Program-made: the position numbers and the translations under genes
The notes under the pieces: generated by a model
What the model was told of the DNA's origin: nothing
Databases searched by the model: none
Seen by the model: only the letters and a program-made list of their open reading frames with translations
Origin: Eledone cirrhosa
Taxonomy: Eukaryota
Assembly (NCBI GenBank): GCA_964016885.1
Contig: OZ024763.1
Location: 14,694,001 to 14,758,000 of the forward strand
DNA length: 64,000 nt
Direction of reading: 5' to 3'
Shown here: in pieces, positions 42,870 through 64,000 of the stretch
Layout: every line of letters starts with the position of its first letter
Numbering within the stretch: position 1 is the first letter of the stretch

Positions 42870-44203
42870 AAGATCAAAGCTTCCCCACCCCAGAAACCAC
42901 TAAAAATACACAATGAAGCAGAACACAGTAACTGCAGACTATGTGATGGTGGAGAAGAAACAACCACAATATCTCAGGCTGTCCAGTCTTAGCCTAAAAA
43001 GAATATATCCGCAGACATGATAGAGTTGGAATTTACATACACTGGAAGTTATGAGAACATTATGTAATACCAACAGAAAAAAATGTGGTACAAACATACA
43101 CCAGCAGAGGTGTCAGAGAAGTTTACAACAACAAGACTCTGGGATATTTCAATACACACAGACAGGGAGATCAAAGCTAACAGACCAGATATTATAGTCA
43201 AAGACCACAAAGAAAAGAAATGTCTTTTCTAATTGATATATCTATCCCCACAGATGATAATATGTCTAACAAGGAAATGGAGAAATTATCCAAATATAAA
43301 GATCTAGAGATAGAAATAACCCAAATGTGGATGATGAAGACAGAAACAATACCTATAATAATAGGTGCTCTGGGAATGATATATAAATCACATAGACAGA
43401 TACGTAACTAAAACTCCAGGACTTACAAATATATACAGCATACAGAAGATAGCACTACTAGGTACTGTATATATATTATATAGAGTATCACAGGACTTAC
43501 AAATATATACAGCATACAGAAGATAGCACTACTAGGCACTGTATATATATTATATAGAGTACCACAGGACTTACAAATATATACAGCATACAAAAGATAT
43601 CACTACTAAGTACTGTATATATATTATATAGAGTATCACAGGACTTACAAATATATACAACATACAGAAGATAACACTACTAGGTACTGTATATATATTA
43701 TATAGAGTACCACAGGACTTACAAATATATACAGCATACAAAAGATATCACTACTAAGTACTGTATATATATTATATAGAGTATCACAGGACTTACAAAT
43801 ATATACAGTATACAAAAGATAGCACTACTAGGTACTGTATATATATTATATAGAGTACCACAGGACTTACAAATATATACAACATACAAAAGATATCACT
43901 ACTAGGTACTGTATATATATTATATAGAGTATCACAGGACTTACAAATATATACAGCATACAGAAGATAGCACTACTAGGTACTGCACATATATTATATA
44001 GAGTACCACAGGACTTACAAATATATACAACATATAGAAGATAGCACTACTAGGTACTGCACATATATCATGAAAAGTACTCTCAATACAATAGAAACAA
44101 CACCACCACAAACCATACTGCACATAGCCACGGTACACAGAGCTGTGCTCAGTAATGTAGTGATGGTGCAATATAAATAAGATTAATCATGATAATAATA
44201 ATG
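42870..44203 (+). mobile_element. Decayed R4/Dong-like non-LTR element 3' end with internal 74-bp tandem expansion and (TAA)n tail
   Basis: Frameshifted CRLC...SGCP.LA..EY..RHDRV..YIHW, LWD..IHTDREIKANRPDI, LIDISIPTDDN..KEMEKLSKYKDLEIEI...IPIIIGALG. Confidence 0.85.
43417..44070 (+). repeat. 9 x 74 bp tandem repeat
   Basis: caggacttacaaatatatac at 43417, 43491, 43565 ... 44009. Confidence 0.95.
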
Positions 44204-44640
44204 ATTTCTTTGTTGGCCACAAGGGCTGACATCAAGAAAAACATTACAGACGGCACAGAACGGTACGATGTGGGTTTTGTGCGTGTAAAGATTTTTATTG
44301 TTTATATAAGAAAAGAAAAAAAGACATAGAAACATATATAAACAATAAAAATGAAAATTCAAACAATGAAAAATTCCCCAATAGGGGGGAAACCTCCGAG
44401 GGTTACTCGTGGCGAAAACCACACAAAAGACCACGGCCACCCTGACCACCAGGGCAAGCGCCCTCTCGCAATGTTTCCATTTCTCAAACTACAGACGTAT
44501 ATTCAGAGCGGTCCCGTTCACTCGGACCATTCTCGCTACATTCACCCACCTTTCAACAAACTTGCTAGAGGGCAGCACTTGCCTCTCCACCCTGATTTTC
44601 CTCTTCAAGTGAAATTTGAAAAGTTAATTAGGGATTCGCC
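44204..44640 (-). mobile_element. Tx1/L1-like LINE 3' end (related 3' UTR fragment at 44960-45150)
   Basis: Minus-strand translation FKFHLKRKIRVERQVLPSSKFVERWVNVARMVRVNG followed by a T-rich 3' UTR. Clade assignment is from recollection only. Confidence 0.45.
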
Positions 44641-45149
44641 TATAATAATTGTTTCTACTTTAGGCACAAGGCCAGCAATTACCCAGTGCATTACTGGTAC
44701 TTTATTTTATCGACCCTGTAAGGATGAAAGGCAAAGTCAACCTCGGCGGGATTTGAACTCAGATCGTAAAGGGACGTAACTATGCTGGAAAGCATGGCGT
44801 CCGACCCTCTACCGATACTGCCCTATAATAATGCTTTCATTCTGAGTTCAAATCCCGCCGAGGTTAAATTTGCCTTTCATCCTTACGGGGTCGATAAAAT
44901 AAAGTACCAGTAATGCACTGGAGTAATTGCTGGCCTTGTGCCTAAAATAGAAACAATTATTAATCACAAGGGTTGACATAAAGTATAACATTAAGGACAG
45001 TACAGGACGGTACAAATGGGTATTTCTGCGTGCAAAGAAAAAATAAACAATAACCAGGGAAGTAACAAAAAAAAAAAATGAAACAAAAGAAATTTCCTAA
45101 TAGGGGTGAGACCTTCGTGGAGAAAGCCCACAAAAATCCTCGATGACCC

Positions 45150-45605
45150 TGAGTAGTGATAATGATGGTGATGATGGTGATGATGATGGTGATGATAGTG
45201 ATAATGATGGTGATGATGATGATGATGATGATGATAGTGATAATGATGATAGTGATAAAGATGATGGTGATGGTGATGATGGTGATGGTGATGATGGTGA
45301 TGATGGTGGTGGTGATCGACAAAAATATATCTTGACAAGTGACATTAACAATAACAAAATTCTCTCCCCCACCCACTGTCTGAGGCACACATACACACAC
45401 CTCCACATACACACACACCTCCAATTGCACACACACAATTGCACACAAATGCATACATATAATTGCACACATATGCATACACACAATTGCACGCACACAT
45501 ACATATAATCAAACATACATACATACAGACAGACATACACACGCAAGCACATACACGCACACGCTCAAACACACACGTACACATACGCACACTGTAACAC
45601 ATACT

Positions 45606-45648
<43 letters not shown>

Positions 45649-46545
45649 TCACATATGCACTGTCTCACACACAGTTTAAGCCCCATCTCCTCCCCCCTAT
45701 CCAAGACACATTCTGTCAACAGTTTGAAATATATATCCGTTGACACTCCATCACCACCGACACCACCACCACCGACATCACCAACACCACCACCACCGAC
45801 ACCATCACCACCAAAACCACCACCACCATCACCACCAAAACCATCACCACCGACACCACCACCACCGACACCATCACCACCACCGACACCACCACCAAAA
45901 TCATCACCACCACCACCGACACCACCACCAAACCTATCACCACCACCACCGACACCATCACCACCACAACTACCGAGATCACTAACACACACATCACCAC
46001 CACCACTCATATCACCACCACCACCATCCCACTACCAACACTATCACGCCATAAATACCATCAACGCCACCACCTACAATACCAAAACCTCCACCACCAC
46101 CACCAAACCCTCAACCACTACCCCATCCCACCACCAGCAAGACAACACCATCGCCACCACTAAAACCTCACCACCATCGACACCAAAACCTCCACACCAC
46201 GACATCACCACCACCAACACAATTACAACACACCACCACAACCTACACCCCCACAAATACCACACCACCACTACAACACCACTAATACCACCACCACCAC
46301 CACAACTACTACAACTAATCCAACTACCACAACTACCTACCACCACAACTACTACTACAACCATCACAACTGCCACCACCACCACCATTACAACTACCAC
46401 CACCACTACAACAACAACCACCACCACAACTACAACCACCACCACAGCTACAATCACCACAACAGCTACAGCCACCACCACAACTACAACCATAGCCACC
46501 ACCATAACTACAATCACCACCTTTACCGACCACAACAACCACCCC
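45150..46545. repeat. Low-complexity (GAT)n, (CA)n and (CCA/ACA)n tracts
   Basis: Direct reading. Confidence 0.9.
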
Positions 46546-46554
46546 TACTATCCA

Positions 46555-47195
46555 TTATAGCAGAGTCGTTAGAGCGTCGAACATGATTTGCAGCATAGAG
46601 TTACTGCCCTTTATGTTCTGAGTTGAAATCCCACCAAAGTTAGCTTTGCCTTTCATCCTTACAGGGTCGATAAAAAAAGTACCAGTAATGCACTGGGGTC
46701 GGTTTTATCGACTTCCCCCCCCCCCCTCCTCCATAATTGTTGGCGTTGTTCCTAAATCAGAAACGATTAAGGGCGGTGTGTTGGCAGTATCGGTAGAGCG
46801 TTGGACAACATACTTTGCGACATAGAGTTACGGCTCTTTACGTTCTGAGTTCAAAATTTCTGCCGAGGTTAGCTTTGTCCTTCAGCCTTACGGGGTCGAT
46901 AAAAAAGAGTACCAGTAATGCATTGGGATCGATTTAATCAACTTCACCCTCCCCTAAAAATTGTTGGTCTTGTGCCTATAGTAGAAACAATTATTGTACA
47001 GTACAACATGCTTTGCGGCATTGGGTTACGGCCCTCTACGTTCTGAGTTCAAATTCCACTGAGGTTAGCTTTGTCTTTCATCCTTACGGGATCGATAAAA
47101 TAAAGCACCAGTAATGCACTGAGGTCGATTTAATCAACGTTTCCCTCCGCCCCCTTCAAATTGCTGGCCTTGTGCCTAAATCAGAAACCCTTATT
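46555..47195 (+). mobile_element. Cluster of three SINE copies
   Basis: Repeated ttctgagttcaaat...gcctttcatccttac..ggtcgataaaa...ttgtgccta. Confidence 0.8.
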
Positions 47196-47273
47196 ATTTC
47201 TTTGGTAATTTCATGCAGATTTCTACTGCAGCACCACGGGTGTATCTATACATGAAGTGTGTACAGTATAGTG

Positions 47274-47880
47274 CAGCGGTAGCCAACCGGTGGACCGCGG
47301 ACAACCGGTGGACCGCAGACAACCGGTAGACCGCAGACAACCGGTAGACCGCAGACAACCGGTAGACCGCAGACAACCGGTAGACCGCAGACAACCGGTA
47401 GACCGCAGACAACCGGTGGTCCCCGGACAACCGGTGGTCTGCGGACAACGAGTGGTTTGCAGACAACCGGTGGTCTGCGGACAACCGGTGGTCTGCGGAC
47501 AACCAGTGGTCTGCGCACAACCAGTGGTCCCCGGACAACCAGTGGTCTGCGAACAACCGGTGGTCCCCGGACAACCGGTGGTCTGCGGACAACCAGTGGT
47601 CTGCGGACAACCAGTGGTCCCCGGACAACCAGTGGTCTGCGAACAACCGGTGGTCCCCGGACAACCGGTGGTCTGCGGACAACCAGTGGTCCCCGGACAA
47701 CCGGTGGTCCCCGGACAACCGGTTGTCCGAGAGAAAATGTTGATGGTCTGTAAAAAAATTTTAATGTATTTATATTTTTTTTTTAAATTCATATTAGTGG
47801 TCCGCGGGATTTAAAATTATAAATTTAAAGGTCCGTGAAGTCCGTGAGGTCCGTGAAGTGGGAAAGGTTGGCGACCGTTG
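47274..47880. mobile_element. hAT-like MITE with internal 18-bp array
   Basis: TIRs cagcggtagccaacc / ggttggcgaccgttg. 8-bp flanks gtatagtg (47266-47273) and gtgtagtg (47881-47888) match 7/8 as a TSD. Confidence 0.75.
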
Positions 47881-48848
47881 GTGTAGTGTATTGTTATTTT
47901 TGTAGAGGAGAGGTGTAGAGTGAAGTACAGACTTCTCCAGTTAATGTACTACAATAATGTTGTTTTGTTACAGGAGATTTAACTTGTTGTTTCTGCTATT
48001 GTGTGGCGTATGTAATATGAGTTGTGTTATTTAATTAAGTATCAATCTAGTAAACTATATGTTATGTGAGTTGATGTTATTTTATCTAATTAGGTAATAA
48101 TTATATAGAGTTAGTGTTGTGTTTGAAAAGTCTTCTACTTGAGCTGTTTTGTTGAATATGATAATGTCTTAATGCCTTAATGTCTTGATAATGTCATGTG
48201 TAGGGTGTGGGCTCTTCCTACGAGCAGGGATCACTTGTAGACAATATGAAACCTTGTAAACCTTCACATCTCTTCTATGTTCTTGTAACACATTGTTTTC
48301 CGATAATTACTTGTACTGTTTTTGCCGTCACGCCCCACAATTTTTATATTTCAATTTCAAGATCTTTACATGTTGAGCTTTTCAATTTATCCGACCAATA
48401 TTTTTTTCCAAAAGGAATTGTGATGATAGAATTTAAAGTTAAAACAAATATTAATTACAAATAAAAAATAAAATAATTCACTTCATTACAGGTACACGAG
48501 GCGGCGAATTAGCAGAGTCGTTAGAACGTCGGGTAGAATGCTTTATGGTATTCGTTCCGGCTCTCCAACGTCGATAAAAAAATGTACCAGTCAAGTACTG
48601 GGGTTGATTCTTCCTCTATATCTCTTTCTCACTTCTTCTCTCTCACTTTATATCTTTCTCTGGAAGAAATTTGCTTGGAGAAAAGGCTAGGAGAGGAGAT
48701 GGGTTCTGTCCGGCTTAAAATGCACAAGAAACGCCCTATGTCAATACAGCACCCCTACCACTTAGGAGTCGCGGAAACATACATACATGCCTGCATGCAT
48801 GCATACATACATGCATGCATGTATGCATGTATGTATGTATGTATATAG

Positions 48849-49117
48849 TGCAATGAAAACTATATCGGCTAAACAGGAATTAGATTATTGGACAGTGTCA
48901 GAGTGAATAAACATGAAATCAGTGACCCTACTTTAAGGAATATAATATGTAATGAACAGCTTGACACATGCGCAAATGGGAGATTCACAATAACCCCCCC
49001 CCCCCCCCCCCCCCCTCACACACACACACACACTACCTGCCTTTTTTTTTAAATGAAGGTAGAAGAGGAACGTGTACGAAAAGCAAAAGAAGGGTGCTTC
49101 CTAGATATTTTAATCCA
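48849..49117 (+). pseudogene. GIY-YIG endonuclease remnant of a Penelope-like element
   Basis: Manual translation from 48849: CNENYIG*TGIRLLDSVRVNKHEISDPTLRNIICNEQLDTCANGRFTI, then after a C/CA insertion FFKMKVEEERVRKAKEGCFLD..NP. Fits YIG..T..L..R...H and R...E...I....P. Not in the ORF track because of the in-frame stop. Confidence 0.7.
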
Positions 49118-49749
49118 GAGTACTAGCAATTGCTGTATAGTCAATAGTTATGTAGGGAACACAGTTAAAAGGTTTGAGGACAGGCCTTTCCCTCTCAGGT
49201 TATCACCGCCTTCAAGAGGAAGCTTAAAGTGATGAGGGTGGTGCTACACTCCAGTAAATTTTATCAAAGATCTTTTTGCGTACGAGGCAGTGCACGGTAG
49301 TGGAATAGAAGTGTGTGAGGTCCATAGTCTCTTCATGTGGGCAGAGATCTGGGCACTCACTCAGTATAAATTTAAAAGTTTACTCAGGTGAGCCTCACTG
49401 GAAGCTGCTGATGGCCGCACACCCCAGTGGATCATGACTACATTGAATCGGTCGACATCTGTGTAGTTGATTCAGGGAAGGGCCCTATTGAGAATTGACA
49501 TTCAGTTGGCCGGGTCTAGATGTCTATTGCCAGCTAGCTCTCCACGTGTGTGTGTAGCCAATTTAGGGATACCCATCCTTCCGTTAGCGCCTGGGGATGG
49601 GGGTGATGGAGGGCTGTTTGGGAATTGACATTCAGTTGGGCGAGTCAAGATATCTGATACCAGCTAGATCTCCACAGCTGAAGCATGTTGAAATCAGTCT
49701 CGCAGGTTTGTCGACCTTCTCGTGGCGGGCCCTGAAAACTTATCTCAAA

Positions 49750-50170
49750 TCACTGATCACGGATTACTGTTCACTGATATCTCAGATCACGGATAACCGT
49801 TCACTGATATCTCAGATCACGCATCACCGTTCACTGATATCTCAGATCACGCATCACCGTTCACTGATATCTCAGATCACGCATCACCGTTGACTGATAT
49901 CTCAGATCGTGTCTCACCGTTCATTGATATCTCAGATCGTGTCTCACCGTTCATTGATATCTCAGATCGTGTCTCACCGTTCATTGATATCTCAGATCAC
50001 GCATCACCGTTCACTGATATCTCAGATCGTGTCTCACCGTTCGCTGATATCTCAGATCACGGATTACTGTTCATTGATATCTCAGATCACGGATTACTGT
50101 TCATTGATATCTCAGATCACGGATTACTGTTCATTGATATCTCAGATCACGGATCACCGTTCACTGATCA
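49750..50170. repeat. 14 x 30 bp minisatellite
   Basis: Unit tcactgatatctcagatcacgcatcaccgt with three variant blocks. Confidence 0.95.
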
Positions 50171-50779
50171 GACAAACAACAACAATCTGAGGCAGAAACA
50201 ACAAATCCACAGTATATTTACGAAATATAAGTTAGAGTCACTAATTTAAGTTCAATAACAATGTTTCCAATAAAAAATAAAAAAGAAAGAAAAGTTAAAT
50301 AATGAGAGTAGGGGATTGGGGGAATGTGGGAATAGGGGGAGGCTCTTTGGTGAGGTCCCTATTACTAGATTCAATGTAAACCCCACCCCCCACTCTTGTA
50401 TTGCTCCCAGTGTCGTGGACCATTGTGGTCAATATAAAATAAATTATTATTATTATTGCCTTTTACGTCTCTGAGTTCAAATCCCACCGAGGTTAACTTT
50501 ACCTTTCACCCTTACGGGGTCGATAAAATAAAGTACCAGTCACGCACTGGGGTCGATTTAATCGACTTTCCCCTCCCCCCAAGATTGCTGGCCTTGTGCC
50601 TATATAAGAAACAATTATTTTTGCCTTTTACGTTCCGAGTTCAAATCCCGCCGAGGTTACCTTTGCCTTTCAAGCTTATGGGATCGATGAAATAAAGTAC
50701 CAGTAATGCACTGGGTCGATTTAATTGACTTTCTCCTCCCCACCCCCAAAATTGCTGGCCTTGTGCCTAAATCTGAAAC

Positions 50780-50822
<43 letters not shown>

Positions 50823-50956
50823 TGAGTCTCAGTCATTGATGTTAGTTAACTGGAAAGTTTGTTGAAATGAATATCAAGCCGCTACCTGCAGCCTCAGATA
50901 TTCAGGACGTATCGGAGGGCTCTTGCTGTTCCCATATTATTATTATTATTATAGTA

Positions 50957-51145
50957 GGGCGGTGGATTGGCAGTATCGGTAGAGGCTCGGACGTCATGCT
51001 TTGACGCATACAGTTACGGCCCTTGCCATTCTGAGTTCAAATCCCGCCGAGGTTAACTTTGCCTTTCATCCTTACGGGGGTCGATAAAATAAAGTACCAG
51101 TAATGCACTGGGGTAATTGCTGGCCTTGTGCCAAAAGTAGAAACA

Positions 51146-51180
<35 letters not shown>
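50957..51180 (+). mobile_element. Full-length tRNA-derived SINE (most abundant family in the window)
   Basis: A-box tggcagtatcgg, B-box gagttcaaatcc, core gcctttcatccttacggggtcgataaa, (ATT)n tail. Other copies or fragments at 10140-10215, 11650-11850, 15696-15882(-), 22753-23250(-), 26008-26200(-), 32997-33078(-), 44647-44960, 50455-50785, 53755-53905. Confidence 0.85.
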
Positions 51181-51184
<4 letters not shown>

Positions 51185-51390
51185 TTGTTGTTAAATCTTA
51201 TTCTTTTTAATATGTTCTTTTTCAGATATGAGCGAAAGAAGACAGACATAGGAAAAAAGAAACCCGGACCGGAAGGGATTACAACAACAACAACAACAAG
51301 AATAATAATAACGAAGAAAAGGAACAATTAATATAGAGAGAGGGAGAGAGAGGAGAGGAGAAGTGAGAGAGAGAGAGGGGTGGAAGAGTG

Positions 51391-53691
51391 ATGCCTCTTC
51401 TAGAAGCTACGAAAGCAGGAGATGTGTTTCTGGGCGTGGCAGCCCCCGGAGGTGGGGTCGGCCTAGATAGTTCCCTCTACCATGCCCGATTCACGGCCGA
51501 ACTCACCGGGCTGATGGACGCCGCCGCCGTCGCTGCCACAGCCGCCGCCACAGCCGCCGCATCAGCCGCCGCTCCATCGTCGTCGTCGTCGTCATCGTCG
51601 TCGTCGTCGTCTACGTCGTCGTCGCCATCTTTGTCGTTTTCGTCGCCGTCGTCATCGTCATCAGCAGCAGCAGCAGCAGCAGCAGCATCGCTAGCAGTGT
51701 CTCTAGCGTCGGCGGCGGCGGCGTCGTCGTCGTCGTCGGCGTCGTTGTTGTCAGGCTCGTCCGGAGCCCCTCGTCCCCTTAGCAACGGTCTGTTGGGGGT
51801 TGGTGACATCCCTGGTAAACTTCACATCAAGATGGAGATCAAGAAGGAGGAGGGCTCGTCCCCACCCCTCGGCCAGTCATTGCTCTCCGCCTCCTCTTCC
51901 ATTCATCCGCTTCAGCATCATCATCATCCTCATCACCAACATCATAATAATCATAACAACAATAACCATCACAATCACAATCACCATCAACAACAACAAC
52001 AACAAATGCATCACCAACAACAACAACACCAACACCATCAACAACATTCATCAGTTGCCTCCCTTCATCCGATTCCCGCCACTCCACCGACATCCCTCTC
52101 TTCCCTTCCTCCCCCACCACCACCAAATCCAACACCGCTCCATCCTCTACCGCATCCCCACCACCACCACCACCACCAGCAGCAATCCCACCATGCCCAC
52201 CAACAACAACAACAACAACAACAATCACAACAACAACATCATCATCACAGCCTCCCGCCCCCATCCACCCCAGCGCCACACCCCGCCTCCTCCTCCACCT
52301 CCTCCTCATCACCCCATCTCCACTTTCATCACCACTCCCGCCTCCGCTCCTCCACCTCGTCGTCGTCGTCGTCGTCGCTGCCGCACCACACTTCCCCCCG
52401 CCTCCACACGGGGGGCTCGGCCGCCGCCGCCGCCGCCATAGCTTCTCTGGGCGAGGTGGGCAGCAGCGGCGTGCTGGAGCTGAGCGGAAGCACACTGGCC
52501 GCGGGCTCGTCCTTGCTGGGGAGCAGCGAGGTGGGGGCCTTGTCCAGCCTGACCAATGGCATCTGCAACGGAAACCTAGCCTCGACAATACACGGCCATA
52601 GCCACAACCACAACAGAAACAACAACAAGAACACTACTAACAGTAGCAGTAGTAGTAATAGCACTACTAGTACTACTAATACTACCACCACCACCACCAC
52701 TACTACTTCTCATACCAGTAATACATCGGCCAATTCTGCAAGCTCAGCTCCCTCTACTAATCATCATAACAGCAGCCATAACAACAACAACAGCAACAGC
52801 AACCAAAGCCGAATCAGAAGCAGTAACAGCAACAACAACAGCAACAACAACCAAGGCAGCAACAGTACAAACAACAACAACAGCAGCAGCAGTAACCACA
52901 ATAACAACAACAACAGTAGTAGCAATAGTAATACTACTAGTGGTAACAGTAACAAAGATCTGGACCCTAACCAAAAACCGCCATATTCATACGTGGCTCT
53001 GATCGCGATGGCGATTAAAGAGTCGAGCGAGAAACGCTTGACCCTCAGTGGTATCTATCAGTATATAGTCAACAAATTTCCATATTACGAGAAGAACAAG
53101 AAAGGCTGGCAGAACAGCATTCGACACAACCTCAGTCTGAACGAGTGTTTCGTAAAAGTGCCCCGAGAAGGGGGCGGAGAGCGCAAGGGTAACTACTGGA
53201 CGGTTGATCCGGCTTACGAAGGTATGTTCGAGAAGGGCAACTACAGACGCCGTCGGCGCATGAAACGCCCCTACAGGACGACGATCTCGCTTCACAAGCC
53301 CCTCTTCGCGGACTCCTGCACCTTCAACCAGTTTGCGCTCACCAAAAACTACTTCTCGCCTTCCTACGCGCACCAGTACTCGCACCAGTACCCACCTTGG
53401 ACGCTCAACCCGTCCTCCAACGCCGCCGGCATGGGACACATGTCTCAGGTGAGCTACAGCTCCTGCCAGCGCGTGCCATCCACCTTCGGAGCCTACCCGA
53501 CAGCCGCCGCCATGCAGTCGAGCATGTCCGGCATGCGTATCGCCCAGCCGCCGACCAACTACCCACAGTTGAACGATTATTCGCCGGCGACCGCCGCCAC
53601 GTCGCCCATGTCGCCTTTTGCCTTCACCCCACAGCAACAAGCCGAGCCGTCCTTCAACGCCATGCCCTACACATATTGGGCAGAGAGGTAA
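51391..53691 (+). CDS. FoxL2: Forkhead box L2 transcription factor, 766 aa from first ATG, uninterrupted ORF
   Basis: Forkhead domain at ~52975-53270 ([79 protein letters not shown]...[18 protein letters not shown]) carries the FoxL2-diagnostic [25 protein letters not shown] and [12 protein letters not shown] motifs. GC-rich coding island. ORF track starts at GTG 51388; first ATG is 51391. Confidence 0.95.
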   Translation: MPLLEATKAGDVFLGVAAPGGGVGLDSSLYHARFTAELTGLMDAAAVAATAAATAAASAAAPSSSSSSSSSSSSTSSSPSLSFSSPSSSSSAAAAAAAASLAVSLASAAAASSSSSASLLSGSSGAPRPLSNGLLGVGDIPGKLHIKMEIKKEEGSSPPLGQSLLSASSSIHPLQHHHHPHHQHHNNHNNNNHHNHNHHQQQQQQMHHQQQQHQHHQQHSSVASLHPIPATPPTSLSSLPPPPPPNPTPLHPLPHPHHHHHHQQQSHHAHQQQQQQQQSQQQHHHHSLPPPSTPAPHPASSSTSSSSPHLHFHHHSRLRSSTSSSSSSSLPHHTSPRLHTGGSAAAAAAIASLGEVGSSGVLELSGSTLAAGSSLLGSSEVGALSSLTNGICNGNLASTIHGHSHNHNRNNNKNTTNSSSSSNSTTSTTNTTTTTTTTTSHTSNTSANSASSAPSTNHHNSSHNNNNSNSNQSRIRSSNSNNNSNNNQGSNSTNNNNSSSSNHNNNNNSSSNSNTTSGNSNKDLDPNQKPPYSYVALIAMAIKESSEKRLTLSGIYQYIVNKFPYYEKNKKGWQNSIRHNLSLNECFVKVPREGGGERKGNYWTVDPAYEGMFEKGNYRRRRRMKRPYRTTISLHKPLFADSCTFNQFALTKNYFSPSYAHQYSHQYPPWTLNPSSNAAGMGHMSQVSYSSCQRVPSTFGAYPTAAAMQSSMSGMRIAQPPTNYPQLNDYSPATAATSPMSPFAFTPQQQAEPSFNAMPYTYWAER

Positions 53692-54232
53692 GACCCATTT
53701 TCTTCATCTCCTTGAATTGTTTGTTGTTTTTAGTTACAAATAGAACAAGGGTAAAATGGCGGATTAGCAGAGTCGTTAGAACGTCGGATAGAACGCTTTA
53801 CAGCATTCATTCTGGTTCTCTGCTCCCTGAGTTCAAATCCCGCCGAGGTCAACATTTGCCTTTCATTCTTTCCAGGTTGATATTTAAGAGATCAATCTAG
53901 TACTGGTTCATCATATACACACACTCTCTCACTTTCTCCTCTCTCTCTCTCTCAATATATATATGTGGAAGGTTAGTAAAATCGAAGTTATGGCGGTGGC
54001 CAAACCAACAAGTTACAATTAGGTTTGCACAAGAGCACTCAATAAGCATGTACAACGAATCGATAGGCTACACCTTAGAGTAATTAACATACGTTAGATA
54101 GCGTGACAAATTGAAAACTGCGGCAAGGAGGCCTAGCCACACAATTCACCAAAACAACGAAAATACAGTCAGGTTAGATAAACTCAGCTTACATTTATTG
54201 TATTCAGCCATGTAGAGCGATAAACTATTTGT

Positions 54233-54295
<63 letters not shown>

Positions 54296-54519
54296 CAAAT
54301 AGTTTATCGCTCTACATGGCTGAATATAATAACTGTAAGCTGAATTTTTCGAATATTAATAATAATATTAGATTCGTTTGCAATTATGCAAACAGCCTCT
54401 TTAAGTATGTCAGTAGAAAGACACCGCCATTCTTACACTTGTGTGGGAATCATTCTACTAACATGGCTTAAAGAGGCTGTTTGTATAATTGCGAACGAAT
54501 TGAATATCATTATTATTAT

Positions 54520-54990
54520 ACCAGTAATGCACTGGGTAATTGCTGGCCTTGTGCCTAAAGTAGAAACAATTGTTATTATTAATGGGCGGTGGATTGGCAG
54601 TATCAGTAGAGGGTCGGACGCCATTCTTTCTAGCATAGTTACGTCCCTTTAGAGTCTGAGTTCAAATCCCGCCGAGGTTAACTTTGCCTTTCATCCTTAC
54701 GGGGTCGCTAAAATAAAGTACCAGTAATGCACCGGGAAATTGCTGGCCTTGAGCCAAAAGTAGAAACAATTATTAATATTAAAATCAGTAGATTAACATC
54801 GGTGGATTGGCAGTATCGGTAGAGGGTCGGACGCCATGCTTTGACGCATAGAGTTACGTCCCTTGCCATTCTGAGTTCAAATCCCGCCGAGGTTAACTTT
54901 GCCTTTCATCCTTACGGGGTCGATAAAATAAAGTACCAGTAATACACTGGTTTAAGACGGGCCTTGTGCCAAAAGTAGAAACAATTATTA
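54520..54990 (+). mobile_element. Tandem SINE copies (one fragment plus two near full-length) downstream of FoxL2
   Basis: Same A/B boxes and core as 50957-51150. Confidence 0.85.
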
Positions 54991-55149
54991 ATATTCAAAA
55001 ATATGTGTTTGAATGTGTATGTGTGTTTGAATGTGTATGTGTGTTTGAATGTGTATGTGTACACGCACACAGATATATATGTATATACATATAGATAAAA
55101 AATAAATAAATACACAGAATAATATACAAGACCAAAAGGATCTTTTATG

Positions 55150-64000
<8,851 letters not shown>

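Noticed and set aside
45655-46560. 301-aa Pro/Thr-rich extensin- or mucin-like ORF
   Set aside because: Degenerate (CCA/ACA)n repeat open in several frames on both strands.
47194-47814. Repetitive ORFs (TTGCP, QPVV, DHRLS)
   Set aside because: 18-bp tandem repeat inside a MITE, open in most frames.
49130-49740. Unique-looking GC-balanced segment and 98-aa ORF at 49597
   Set aside because: Resembles a minus-strand LINE 5' UTR but could not be assigned; the ORF runs into a minisatellite and has no motifs.
51477-53900. Alternative-frame and antisense ORFs over FoxL2
   Set aside because: Expected by-products of GC-rich triplet-repeat coding sequence.

Overview
AT-rich animal (probably octopod cephalopod; inferred from repeat families and gene style) genomic DNA dominated by (TA)n/(CA)n microsatellites, minisatellites and retroelement fragments. 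Almost all ORFs in the track are microsatellite translations. The one clear host gene is a single-ORF FoxL2 (51391-53691, +) with a ~530-aa homopolymer-rich N-terminus. Mobile DNA includes an RTE LINE with three C-terminal C2H2 fingers, RTE-like, CR1-like, R4/Dong-like and Tx1/L1-like fragments, a GIY-YIG (Penelope-like) endonuclease remnant, many tRNA-derived SINEs and two MITEs. The main unannotated signal lies in the short unique islands between (TA)n tracts. At least 11 type I hammerhead ribozymes with intact CUGANGA/GAAA/NUH cores and all three stems, from several unrelated sequence families, were folded by eye, plus degenerate ones. Many sit in fold-back or inverted structures whose outer ends fall on internal TA-rich sites, and the different families share a GAGTRCT-like motif 40-80 nt from their 3' ends. 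All structures are manual predictions and need computational and biochemical confirmation.
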